Notes under the pieces: generated by a model
Told to the model about the DNA's origin: nothing
Databases searched by the model: none
Seen by the model: only the letters and a program-made list of their open reading frames with translations
Origin: a virus
IMG/VR virus record: IMGVR_UViG_3300035136_000101
DNA: 64,000 nt
Direction: 5' to 3' (one strand)
Shown: positions 53,712-63,212 of the stretch, in pieces
Position numbering within the stretch: position 1 is the first letter of the stretch
Layout of the letters: every line of letters starts with the position of its first letter
Position numbers and translations under genes: made by a program

Positions 53712-56363
53712 ATGGCTAACTATAATGCTACAACAGATATGACACTTGAAGCAGCAATTGCTGCTGGTCCTATGACTAATGGCGATAATCTTACGATTAG
53801 TAATAATGCTATTGTAACGTGTACTCAAACACCTAGTATATTAATGGGCAGAGTTATAGGTGATAGTGGCGAGTTATTTTTAGATGGTAAGAATATTTCT
53901 AGTGGTAATTTAATAAATTTTTGTGGAGAATATCAAGAAGCAATTTATCTTTATTTTAAAGGCAAATTGAGAGTTGATGGAGATTGGTATTCAATAGGTA
54001 CTACAAATGGTACAGACAGTCAGACTTTTAATCTTGCTTCATATTGGGGAGGTAGTCTTGAGGATTTAATACCTGCTATATGGGTTGAAACTGGAAGAAG
54101 AATAGATTTTGATAATGATTCAGGAGAGACACCAGAAATAGGAGATTGGCTTTACAAGACTTCTGATGATTTAGTTATGGGAAGGATTGTAGAGGTACAA
54201 TCTACTTATGTTGTGGTAAAATTTTTAACAGGAAGCCTTGCTGATAATGATGGAATAGAGATAAGAAAAATAGTTGATAATGAAGGTCCAGATTATCAAA
54301 TTTCGTGGACTGCTCAAGTTGCAAATGCAAGTGGTGATATAAAAGAGTCAGGAGTATATCAAGAATTTGCTAATGTTATTGCGAATAGTACAAGTTATAT
54401 AAGTACATTTAATCATCATTTGGGAGGGTTTGTTTTCGAACATACTTTTCAATCTAATACATTAACGATGGGTTCTAGTGTTGGGGGTGGATTTGTTCCT
54501 CCCAGTGGATGTGATGTAAAGGTACCAAACGTACATTTTTCTACATCAGATATTGCAAATTATACAAGTGGAAATACTTATCAAGATGGGAGTAATTTCG
54601 AAAATAACAGATATGAAATAATCATGTCAGGAGCTGGAAAGGTTGAATTGAGTATTTGTAATATTGGCAGTTCTTTTTTTGGTACTTCTGGTGCTTATTA
54701 TTACTATGCTGATTATGTTGGGGCATCTGTATCTTTAGGTTCTGCTGCGTGTTTACAAAAATCCATATATAATAATTGTGTTGTAATAAATGATCCGTTT
54801 GCATTGGCGTCAAATTCAAATTCCGCAATAGGCGTTGTTGATTGCGGTAATGGTGCTGATATAATAGATTGTTTAGCTGTACAAGCATATGCTTATTGGA
54901 TGTACCTTGGAGCAAATACTTCATCTAATATATTAATAAAGAATTGTATTTCCGTATTGGGCGGAAATGCTTATGGAGCGAATACGTATTTATTTTGTTA
55001 TTACGCTGGAAGGTGTGAAAATTTTACTATAGATAATTGCGTTGGAATATCTGCAGATATACATTCTAATGCTAAGGTTTTAGTTCTTAGAGATACGAAT
55101 GATGCCACGGTAACAAATATTATTGCTGCGTCTTCCCAAGATTACCAAAATCCCACTTTAACAACTAACGCAATCGCAATGGAAAACGCTAAAGACGTAT
55201 ATTTGTGTGGTTGGAAAACATTGGGACCAGCAGGTTATAGAGTATTTTATTTTACCGATTGTAATAGAATAAAATTTAGGTGTTTAGGAAGAATAGACTC
55301 TCCTGATGATATGAATAATAAAAGTCGGGAATTATTTACTCTTGTAGGAAGTTGTGTTGACATAGATATATCTAGGATATGGGCTGAAAATTCTAATTAT
55401 AATTTTTCAGCCCCTCTTCCAACAACAGCAATAGGAACTTTGATTGGTAATTGTAGTTACGATTATGACCAAACATTCGATATTGCTGGGGTGGATACGG
55501 TTGTAAAAGGTTTACATGCGGGTTCTGGAAGCATTGGAGCGCCAGGCGGCATAAACGCATCTTATCCTGGCGATATTGGTGTACAAATTCACGATGGATT
55601 TAAATCTGATACATCGGGATTTATTGTTTGTGCATTAATACCACCTTCTGATGATAATAATTATATAACTATAGTTAGTGGTAATCCCGAATTCAATGGT
55701 GATGGTTCTTTGAATATGTCCAATGGAGATGTGATAGAAGTAGAACAAAGTTATTTTTCAAAAGGCCATATTTCGTTTACTGGTAATATAACATCCATGT
55801 TAGGTTCAGGAGCTATTTCTTGGGGAACAGATGAATGGACGGACGTTACAGTAGAATTTCAATACGACACAGGAAGCGGTTGGAGTGGAAGTTGGTTGAA
55901 CGCAAGAACAGTGGGCAATTGGACCGGAATAAGCGGCATTTCAAGCGGAATAAAATTGAAATATAAATTTACTGCTACGAACGACGTAACGGATATGTTT
56001 ATGTTTATTACAGAAACTACTACTAGTATTGCCGTACAAGAAGCTAACTTATATTCTATTGACCAGACAGTAGTTGATTTGACAATAACGGTTGTTGATA
56101 AAAATCAAGATCCAATAAGTGGTGTACAAACTGCTATTTTTAGACAGGATAATGGTCAGCAGTTAATGAATAAGGATACCAATGTATTAGGTGTTGCAAC
56201 CGAAGAATTTGTGTATTCATCAGATATTGCGATAATAATTAGATGCAGAAAATCAGAAGATATAGATGACCCTAGATATAAGCCATTTAGTACTACTGGT
56301 ACAATTAGGTCTACTGGTTTTGATTTAAAAGTGACAATTCAAGAAAGTCTTGTCCTGAATTAG
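53712..56363 (+). CDS. putative tailspike / tail fibre with parallel beta-helix (pectate-lyase-like) repeats
   Basis: 883 aa; repetitive N/G/S/T-rich turns with I/V/C ladders (NCVVINDPFALASNSNSAIGVVDCGNGADIIDC ... NCISVLGGNAYGANTYLFCYYAGRCENFTIDNCVGIS). Confidence 0.5.
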   Translation: MANYNATTDMTLEAAIAAGPMTNGDNLTISNNAIVTCTQTPSILMGRVIGDSGELFLDGKNISSGNLINFCGEYQEAIYLYFKGKLRVDGDWYSIGTTNGTDSQTFNLASYWGGSLEDLIPAIWVETGRRIDFDNDSGETPEIGDWLYKTSDDLVMGRIVEVQSTYVVVKFLTGSLADNDGIEIRKIVDNEGPDYQISWTAQVANASGDIKESGVYQEFANVIANSTSYISTFNHHLGGFVFEHTFQSNTLTMGSSVGGGFVPPSGCDVKVPNVHFSTSDIANYTSGNTYQDGSNFENNRYEIIMSGAGKVELSICNIGSSFFGTSGAYYYYADYVGASVSLGSAACLQKSIYNNCVVINDPFALASNSNSAIGVVDCGNGADIIDCLAVQAYAYWMYLGANTSSNILIKNCISVLGGNAYGANTYLFCYYAGRCENFTIDNCVGISADIHSNAKVLVLRDTNDATVTNIIAASSQDYQNPTLTTNAIAMENAKDVYLCGWKTLGPAGYRVFYFTDCNRIKFRCLGRIDSPDDMNNKSRELFTLVGSCVDIDISRIWAENSNYNFSAPLPTTAIGTLIGNCSYDYDQTFDIAGVDTVVKGLHAGSGSIGAPGGINASYPGDIGVQIHDGFKSDTSGFIVCALIPPSDDNNYITIVSGNPEFNGDGSLNMSNGDVIEVEQSYFSKGHISFTGNITSMLGSGAISWGTDEWTDVTVEFQYDTGSGWSGSWLNARTVGNWTGISGISSGIKLKYKFTATNDVTDMFMFITETTTSIAVQEANLYSIDQTVVDLTITVVDKNQDPISGVQTAIFRQDNGQQLMNKDTNVLGVATEEFVYSSDIAIIIRCRKSEDIDDPRYKPFSTTGTIRSTGFDLKVTIQESLVLN

Positions 56364-56372
56364 GAGACATAT

Positions 56373-58844
56373 ATGAGTAATACAATTTTGTCAGGTGATT
56401 TAACAATTTATTATTTGTCTGAAAATAGAAGAAAACAGATTACATGGAGTGGTGGTAGTACTAAAGCAGATACACAGAAGATGATTGATATTTATTCTGC
56501 GATGCAGGATTTATTTTCTTCTGCTCCTCAAATGGATGATGGGGTTATTTTTTCAGCTGAAACACCTGGTGAATATACAATTGGTAAAATTGATGCTGCA
56601 GATGCTGAGCCATGGTTTATAGATTTGAGAACTATGCAGCATATAATAGGTGATTATGAGAATTTTACTGGATGTGCTTTAAAGACATCAGGATGGAAAA
56701 GAATAGTTGATAGTAATACTGGTATAGTTGTTGTTCCTGTTACAAATGCTAGTAATAATATAGTATTAGGTGATGTTGGAAATGCAATAACTCATACAGA
56801 TGGAGATGCTGGTATATTATTAGATGTTGTTGTTCCAGGTGGTACAACAGATTATTTGTTTGTAAGACCTGATTCTAGCGCTGCTGCGAATAATTTTGAC
56901 AGTAGTAGTGGAACTTTGACTTGTAATGCACATACAGCAACTCAATCGGCGGTTTCTGTTACAGGAGAGATGATTTGGGGAAATGTATATACGCAGGGTG
57001 GAATTTTATCTGATACTCATATTTACCTTTATCAAAATGGTGAGCGTGTTACATCTTTTGATCAGACAAATCAAGATTGGTGGGAAGATGGTCATTTGGA
57101 TAGAGCTATTCCCATAACAGATTATACTACAGATAATTTTCCAGTTATAGATAGTGGTTATTTGACGGTTTATGCTAGATGTTACACAAGTGGATATTCA
57201 TTTGTTGAAATTAGAATGAATACAACTTCAGGAGGTAATGTTTCTGCTCCATTGTCTTCTAGCACAGATTCTAATAATTCTACTGGATATGCAAGTATTA
57301 CTCTTTCTGGAGGGTCTGGTAATTGGAATATTGGAGATGAAATTTCAGGAGATACATCAGGTGCAAGAGGTATAATAACTCTTGTTTCAGGTACTAATCC
57401 TACCCCAACGTTGCATTTTTATTATGTAGGAGACCCATTTATAGCCTTTAATGGGTCTGAAGCAATTACAAATGAGGATGATACTGGTGCAGCAACTGGG
57501 TCTGGATCTGTTGCTAATCAAGGTCCAGCATTAACCACTTGGTTTGATGGAAATGTTTTACCAACAGTTGCTTTTACTGCGGTTACAGCCGATATTGATG
57601 ATGATGGTTCAGATGAGCCATATAGTATAACATGGGATTTAAATCAAGCAAGTTTAGCTCAATTTTATGAGTATATGAAATATGTATGCAGAAGAGGTTC
57701 CACATATAATTTGGATGATCTTGATGGTCAAGAGTATATTGGTGTCACATATAGAGTAAATTATACTGGAACAGTTACAGGTACTGTAGACGAAGGGGAT
57801 TCAGTAACTGGAGTTACTTCTGGTGCTATTGGTTTAGTTCTATCTCATGATACAACTAATAAGGTTATACTTCTTAGAAATACAAGGGGTACTTTTATAG
57901 ATGGAGAGCAAATTCAGGTTGATGTAGGTAATTATATACCAGCAAGTGGAACTACTGTTTCAACAATTACTCCTATTTCTGAATGTCCGTTTGGAACATT
58001 AGCTGGTGGTATTTTCTTTGGGTCTGTTGGGGTTTTAATTTCTGATTATAAAAGTTCAGAAGAGAATTATTTTCAGCTAAAAGATTCAAATGGAGTAACT
58101 AGATCAAGGCCAACTTCTACATCTATGACTGTTTCGAATGTTGCACCATATGATTGGGTTGGAGTTTACAGGTTGTTATCTCAAGGTGGAAATATAAACA
58201 AAACAGAGTATTCCGCTGCTGGAGGGGAAACACCTGGTGATAGTACATTAGATGTGAGTGGGTCTGTAACCGTTGATACTCCAGGGAAAACAGCTGGAGG
58301 AAGATTGGTTCTTATTGATGCTAGTGAAAATAATGCTGAATATATATTAAGATATTCTTCTTGGTCTGGTTCGCAATTTATTTTGGCAAATTTTGCTGAT
58401 ACAGCAGAAGCAGGAACCAATTCAACAACGATTGTTGCTGTTGGTGCATTTTCATCTTCTGAAGTTGGAGACTTGATTTATAATGTTACTAGAGACGAAG
58501 TATCTTATATATCAGAGGTTACAAGTAATGATGAAGTTCAACTTGACCCAAATTATCCAATAGTTGGACAGACTACTGGAGATTCATTTGAGGTTAATGC
58601 TGTTCCTATAACGGTTACATCTAGTGATTATATATTTGTTCCTATTATTTTAACGTTTGTTACATCTGGTACAACAGTAAGTGCTTCGATGGTTTTTGTT
58701 TCTCCTATTTATGGAAGAACAAGAGTTAGAAATACATCTGGTGCATCAGTTAAAATTGAGCCATTTACATCAGAGGTAACGATTCCTGCTACTGGTGGTG
58801 AAACTGTTGCTGTTAGGAATCCTGATACGGTTTATAATGGATAA
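56373..58844 (+). CDS. putative tail fibre / receptor-binding protein
   Basis: 823 aa, Ser/Thr/Gly-rich; follows the tailspike. Confidence 0.45.
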   Translation: MSNTILSGDLTIYYLSENRRKQITWSGGSTKADTQKMIDIYSAMQDLFSSAPQMDDGVIFSAETPGEYTIGKIDAADAEPWFIDLRTMQHIIGDYENFTGCALKTSGWKRIVDSNTGIVVVPVTNASNNIVLGDVGNAITHTDGDAGILLDVVVPGGTTDYLFVRPDSSAAANNFDSSSGTLTCNAHTATQSAVSVTGEMIWGNVYTQGGILSDTHIYLYQNGERVTSFDQTNQDWWEDGHLDRAIPITDYTTDNFPVIDSGYLTVYARCYTSGYSFVEIRMNTTSGGNVSAPLSSSTDSNNSTGYASITLSGGSGNWNIGDEISGDTSGARGIITLVSGTNPTPTLHFYYVGDPFIAFNGSEAITNEDDTGAATGSGSVANQGPALTTWFDGNVLPTVAFTAVTADIDDDGSDEPYSITWDLNQASLAQFYEYMKYVCRRGSTYNLDDLDGQEYIGVTYRVNYTGTVTGTVDEGDSVTGVTSGAIGLVLSHDTTNKVILLRNTRGTFIDGEQIQVDVGNYIPASGTTVSTITPISECPFGTLAGGIFFGSVGVLISDYKSSEENYFQLKDSNGVTRSRPTSTSMTVSNVAPYDWVGVYRLLSQGGNINKTEYSAAGGETPGDSTLDVSGSVTVDTPGKTAGGRLVLIDASENNAEYILRYSSWSGSQFILANFADTAEAGTNSTTIVAVGAFSSSEVGDLIYNVTRDEVSYISEVTSNDEVQLDPNYPIVGQTTGDSFEVNAVPITVTSSDYIFVPIILTFVTSGTTVSASMVFVSPIYGRTRVRNTSGASVKIEPFTSEVTIPATGGETVAVRNPDTVYNG

Positions 58845-59121
58845 AAATATAAATATTGTAGAGATAAAAAGAGTTGCATCTGTTTTGTCATGTCTAGAAA
58901 ATGATTTTTTAGAGTTGGAAAAGGTAAAACATCATTTATCTAGACGAAGAGATAATTTAAATCGTCTTTTGAATGGTAGTGAATATGACAAAACTGCATT
59001 GAAATCTCAACTTGAAATGATTCCGGTTGAAGAACGAAAAGTTGATGATTTGATGTGTGAGAACAGAAGGAAAATGACGATATATAGTAATGCAATGAAA
59101 AGATTGACATCTATAGTATAG
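58837..59121 (+). CDS. hypothetical protein
   Basis: start at ATG 58837 overlapping the previous stop. Confidence 0.35.
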   Translation: MDKNINIVEIKRVASVLSCLENDFLELEKVKHHLSRRRDNLNRLLNGSEYDKTALKSQLEMIPVEERKVDDLMCENRRKMTIYSNAMKRLTSIV

Positions 59122-59123
59122 TT

Positions 59124-59510
59124 ATGAGAATAAAAATAAAAAATAAAGATAAGGATGAGAATATTAGAAAAAAATTAAGAGCTTCTAATATTGATAAAAC
59201 TGATACTATTGAACAAAGTATAGAAGAGGTTAGATCTCTTAAAAAAGAACGTTTGAAATATATTGAAATGCGTGAAGCGTGTTCTGTACAGTATGAATAT
59301 ATTGACCAGATTTATTATGATGGAGAAATAGATAAGGATAATAGAGATGATATAATGGATAAAATTGAAGTTAATAAAGAGCGATTTGAAAATTTAATTG
59401 AATCATATGATTTATTAATAGAAGCTAGTGAGGATATATTAAAAAGTTTGACTGGAAGTAATTCTTTAACTGGAAAGATAAAAGATAATGGCAAGGTAAG
59501 CAAAAAATAA
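59124..59510 (+). CDS. hypothetical coiled-coil protein
   Basis: ORF track; K/E-rich. Confidence 0.4.
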   Translation: MRIKIKNKDKDENIRKKLRASNIDKTDTIEQSIEEVRSLKKERLKYIEMREACSVQYEYIDQIYYDGEIDKDNRDDIMDKIEVNKERFENLIESYDLLIEASEDILKSLTGSNSLTGKIKDNGKVSKK

Positions 59511-60130
59511 TGTCTTATTATGTAGACTGGCATAATCATTTGATTCATATTTTGGCTCCTCAAGTTGAGGTTATTGTCCAGGATTTATATGATTTTCTTA
59601 GTGATATTATGCAGTCTCCTGTTGGTATGAATTATGATGAAATATGTTTTGCTACTGGGAAAGATTTATTGGATGAAGATATTACTACTGGTATAACATT
59701 GACTTTATATTCTCCATGGCAATTAAGATTTTGGGATGGTGCTTATGTTGCTGTAGTTAAGGGTGGAAATCTTACTGGTGGATTAGATGGTGATCCTATT
59801 GCATATACTCCTAATGTTCAGGTTATGGTTCTTCAAGCTGTTTCTTCGACGATAGTACAAACAGGAGGTACGGCACTTACTCAGGATGAACATGATAAGT
59901 TGATGACGGGTCTTGATGAGAGTATTCCGGAAGGTGTTTGGAATGATACACCTCTTGGTGAATATTTAACAAAAGTTTTAAATATAGAGGAGGGTGATTG
60001 GCGAATAATAAATAATCAGATGATTTTTTTTGAAACAGACGGTGTTACAGAGGTAGTAAGATTTGATTTATTTGATGAAAATGGAAATCCATCAATGGAA
60101 TCAGTATATTATAGAAAGCGTGTAACATAG
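59510..60130 (+). CDS. hypothetical protein
   Basis: ORF track. Confidence 0.4.
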   Translation: MSYYVDWHNHLIHILAPQVEVIVQDLYDFLSDIMQSPVGMNYDEICFATGKDLLDEDITTGITLTLYSPWQLRFWDGAYVAVVKGGNLTGGLDGDPIAYTPNVQVMVLQAVSSTIVQTGGTALTQDEHDKLMTGLDESIPEGVWNDTPLGEYLTKVLNIEEGDWRIINNQMIFFETDGVTEVVRFDLFDENGNPSMESVYYRKRVT

Positions 60131-60222
60131 TTTTTGGACATGGTAATTTTGAAATTGTAGTATATTTGTATATGTAGTATTTTGTATATGTTTGTAATAT
60201 ATTTAAAAATCAGGAGAATATC

Positions 60223-60552
60223 ATGACTAAAAATTTTGAAACTGTAATTTTTGTTGACCCAGTAATTTTGATTATATCTGTATTTATTTTAACGGTTGTT
60301 AGTATTTCTACTTTAGTAATTGTTTATAAAATATATAAGATGCATGATGTTAGGAATTCTGATGGCTCTTATGCCTGGATGGTACCTACTAATTTTTTTG
60401 ATATTCAAAAGCAAATTACTGATAGCCAAAATAATATGGTTGTTTTAATTAAAGAAATGAATGAGCAACAGAGTCAGATTTGTGAAATTTTAAGTAATTT
60501 AGTTAGTGAAACGTCATCTTGGAGAGAACAAAAAGATGTCGAAAAAGAGTGA
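60223..60552 (+). CDS. small membrane protein (holin-like candidate)
   Basis: single TM helix ILIISVFILTVVSISTLVIVY; RBS caggagaatatcATG. Confidence 0.35.
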   Translation: MTKNFETVIFVDPVILIISVFILTVVSISTLVIVYKIYKMHDVRNSDGSYAWMVPTNFFDIQKQITDSQNNMVVLIKEMNEQQSQICEILSNLVSETSSWREQKDVEKE

Positions 60553-61090
60553 TGAATATGATATCCGATATTTAGGAACTCTATATGAGGATTTATCAGA
60601 AGTTACTAAACGTCAAACTATTACTCTTCAGTCATTAGAGAGAATTGCTATAGAGACACAGACTTTTCTAGAAGCACAAGGAGAGAAGGTTGATGATAAT
60701 AAGAAAACGATAAAAGATCATGATGTTAGAATAAGAAGTGTTGAGAGAAAACAGGATTTGTGTAATGCATCAGATGATATTAGTGGAATAAAGAAACAGT
60801 TGAATCGTCTTATAGCTTTTAAAGATATGATTTTGTCTAAAACAAATGAAGATAGTGGAGTTTTAGATATTCATGCATTGAGGATGAAGAAAGCTGTTGA
60901 TGATGCGATGCTTAATCAAATACCTGTTAAGCTTTTGTTGATAAAAATGTTACCTTGGATGATTCTTGTTTTTGTAGTAGGTATTGTATTAGCTACTATT
61001 ATTACTACTAAAATGTTTTATGATGATAAAATTATTGTTCCTAATCCGCCAATTTCGCCAATAGAAACAGAAACGAACTCGAGTTCGTGA
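60536..61090 (+). CDS. hypothetical protein with C-terminal TM helix
   Basis: LPWMILVFVVGIVLATIITT; coiled-coil N-terminus; palindrome copy 11 overlaps its stop codon. Confidence 0.4.
   Translation: MSKKSDEYDIRYLGTLYEDLSEVTKRQTITLQSLERIAIETQTFLEAQGEKVDDNKKTIKDHDVRIRSVERKQDLCNASDDISGIKKQLNRLIAFKDMILSKTNEDSGVLDIHALRMKKAVDDAMLNQIPVKLLLIKMLPWMILVFVVGIVLATIITTKMFYDDKIIVPNPPISPIETETNSSS
61073..61088. promoter_or_regulatory. 16-bp palindrome variant ACGAACTCGAGTTCGT (copy 11), 19 nt upstream of the ATG at 61108
   Basis: two terminal mismatches; followed by aaaggag RBS. Confidence 0.7.
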
Positions 61091-61107
61091 GTTAAAGGAG
61101 AATTGAT

Positions 61108-61374
61108 ATGCCAAAAGATATGAGAGAATTGATAGAAAAAACAAATATTGATTCAAAATTAAAAATATCATGGAATAAAATTTTTAAACAATTAAGTGAT
61201 ACTTCTGAACTTGATACTGTTATTTTTCATTTTTCAAAGTCTATTTTGAGAGCTGGAATTAATAATAAAGAATTAGAAAAAAAAAGGAAGGAATTTAGAA
61301 AAGTTGCTGATGAATTAACAGAAATAATGCATGATATTGTTTATGGATATTTAGAGAAAAGATCTAATATATGA
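61108..61374 (+). CDS. hypothetical protein
   Basis: ORF track. Confidence 0.4.
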   Translation: MPKDMRELIEKTNIDSKLKISWNKIFKQLSDTSELDTVIFHFSKSILRAGINNKELEKKRKEFRKVADELTEIMHDIVYGYLEKRSNI

Positions 61375-61683
61375 ATAGGATTGTTACAAGAGGATTAGGT
61401 CCAACGCAATTATTGATTACTCGAGGTTATGGGTTTACTGGTGCAATAGTAAAAATTTATAGAGAAATTTTAAGATTAGTATCAAAAGTTACTACTAGAT
61501 TGGGATTAGTATCACAATGTCAGAAGAAAGATTGTGTTTAGTATCAAAAATTACTAAAGAAGTAGATTTAACATCTAATCTTAACATATCTGTCAATATT
61601 GTATCAAATATAGGATTGGTGATAGAGGAGGTTTCTATGATATCTCCAGGATTGATTTTGACATCAGCATTTCATTTAGAGGA

Positions 61684-62010
61684 GTGCACATAATGGCTAC
61701 AGTTTGTTCTAATTGTGATCTTGATGGTAAATATTATATAGGAGATATAGGTACTGAGATAATTGTAGATACTTGTGTTGATTTAGTTGAAGCTGGAGCT
61801 ACAGTTACAAATTTGATTGTTGAAAAGCCAGATAGGACAGTTGAAATATGGGTTGGTTCTATTTATGGAACAACAAGTATTAAATATGTTGTTCAGGTTG
61901 GTGATTTTGACCAGGCAGGTCCATATAGAATTCAAGCATATGTTGAGATGCCTGGTTGGACTGGTAGGGGTAATACAGCAACATTCCAAGTAACGGATTT
62001 GTTTGGTTAG
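61684..62010 (+). CDS. hypothetical protein
   Basis: ORF track; RBS tagaggagtgcacataATG. Confidence 0.45.
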   Translation: MHIMATVCSNCDLDGKYYIGDIGTEIIVDTCVDLVEAGATVTNLIVEKPDRTVEIWVGSIYGTTSIKYVVQVGDFDQAGPYRIQAYVEMPGWTGRGNTATFQVTDLFG

Positions 62011-62012
62011 TT

Positions 62013-62864
62013 TTGAGACGAATAAGAAAATATAAATGTACTAATGGGCCATCTACGTTGTGTCAGTTTTCATTAAGTAGTAAGACAATAAAATTAATGA
62101 AAGAAATTGAGAATGAATGGCCTAAAAGATTAAAGGAATCTCGTTTCTTTTTTTTACTAGATGTAGCAAATTTTTTAGTAGAGGAAGTTAAAAAGGCGAA
62201 TGTATCAATTAGTATTGACGGAAAAGATAAATTATATGCAGAAGATTTGAGAATAGGGATAGTAGATAGTGAAGAAGAAAATGATGTAATTGCTATTTAT
62301 TTAGATGGTGAAAATGCAGAAGTAACAGAAGAATATGCTACAAAAACAGTATTATATTTTAATTCACATAATGGTTCACCTGAATGGATATCTGTATTAA
62401 ATAGATATGGTCCTTGGCCATCAAATATGGTTCCTATTGAAGTTAATTCGACACATGCTAGAATTGTTTCGAGATTGGCAAGAAAAGATGAAATTTTAGC
62501 ATTACAAGAGAGAATATTTAAGAATAGAGGTAAGATTGAATTGGATTTTTTACGGTCAGGAATTCCAAATGTTGATATTGGTGAAACAACAAATGGAATA
62601 GGGCTTAAAGTTCATGAAGATTTGGGATATAATGTACTTAGAAAGGAATTTGGGTTTGATGGTGAAAAAGGAAGAGCGCATTGGAGGCCAGCTTTTAAGG
62701 AAACAAAAAAATATGCTATGAAGTGCATGGAAAAGGTTGTAGAATATATACAGACTGGTGATAAAAATATATTTAATTTATCATTAAAAGCTGATAAAAT
62801 TAATTCGTCTGTAGTTAAATCAGGAGAGGGTTTTGCAAAAGAACTAGCTCCTTTTTTGAAATAA
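62013..62864 (+). CDS. hypothetical protein
   Basis: ORF track. Confidence 0.45.
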   Translation: MRRIRKYKCTNGPSTLCQFSLSSKTIKLMKEIENEWPKRLKESRFFFLLDVANFLVEEVKKANVSISIDGKDKLYAEDLRIGIVDSEEENDVIAIYLDGENAEVTEEYATKTVLYFNSHNGSPEWISVLNRYGPWPSNMVPIEVNSTHARIVSRLARKDEILALQERIFKNRGKIELDFLRSGIPNVDIGETTNGIGLKVHEDLGYNVLRKEFGFDGEKGRAHWRPAFKETKKYAMKCMEKVVEYIQTGDKNIFNLSLKADKINSSVVKSGEGFAKELAPFLK

Positions 62865-62881
62865 GAGTTGAGAGGTGAAAG

Positions 62882-63178
62882 ATGACAAAATCGGTTGATA
62901 TAAATCCTAATAATGTTGATAAGAATAGTAGTAAGGTTAGTAGGTTAGATGATTTGAATATTACTTTGATGGGAGTAGAGAATGATTTGATGGGTAGAGC
63001 TTTGGATAGAAGTAGAGATGAAGTAGAAAGAGCATATGATTTTATAAATAAAGCTGCAGAGAATGATGTGATAGAAATAGATTGTGATGGTTGTGATGAT
63101 GAATCTAATATTGTACAATCATCCAGTGATGAAGATAAAGATAAGAATAATGAGCCTGTTAAAGAGCCATCTGATTAA
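62882..63178 (+). CDS. hypothetical acidic protein
   Basis: ORF track; RBS gagaggtgaaagATG. Confidence 0.4.
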   Translation: MTKSVDINPNNVDKNSSKVSRLDDLNITLMGVENDLMGRALDRSRDEVERAYDFINKAAENDVIEIDCDGCDDESNIVQSSSDEDKDKNNEPVKEPSD

Positions 63179-63185
63179 TTTTTTG

Positions 63186-63201
63186 GCGAACTCGAGTTCG
63201 C
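63186..63201. promoter_or_regulatory. 16-bp palindrome GCGAACTCGAGTTCGC (copy 12), 11 nt upstream of the ATG at 63213
   Basis: perfect palindrome; AATTTTTTGGCGAAC context identical to copy 10. Confidence 0.8.
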
Positions 63202-63212
63202 AAGAGGATTAA

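Noticed and set aside
3003-63201. The palindrome family as a CRISPR array or as rho-independent terminators
   Set aside because: Copies are kilobases apart with no regular spacer architecture. No U-tract follows the hairpin on either strand, and the stem is only 6-7 bp.
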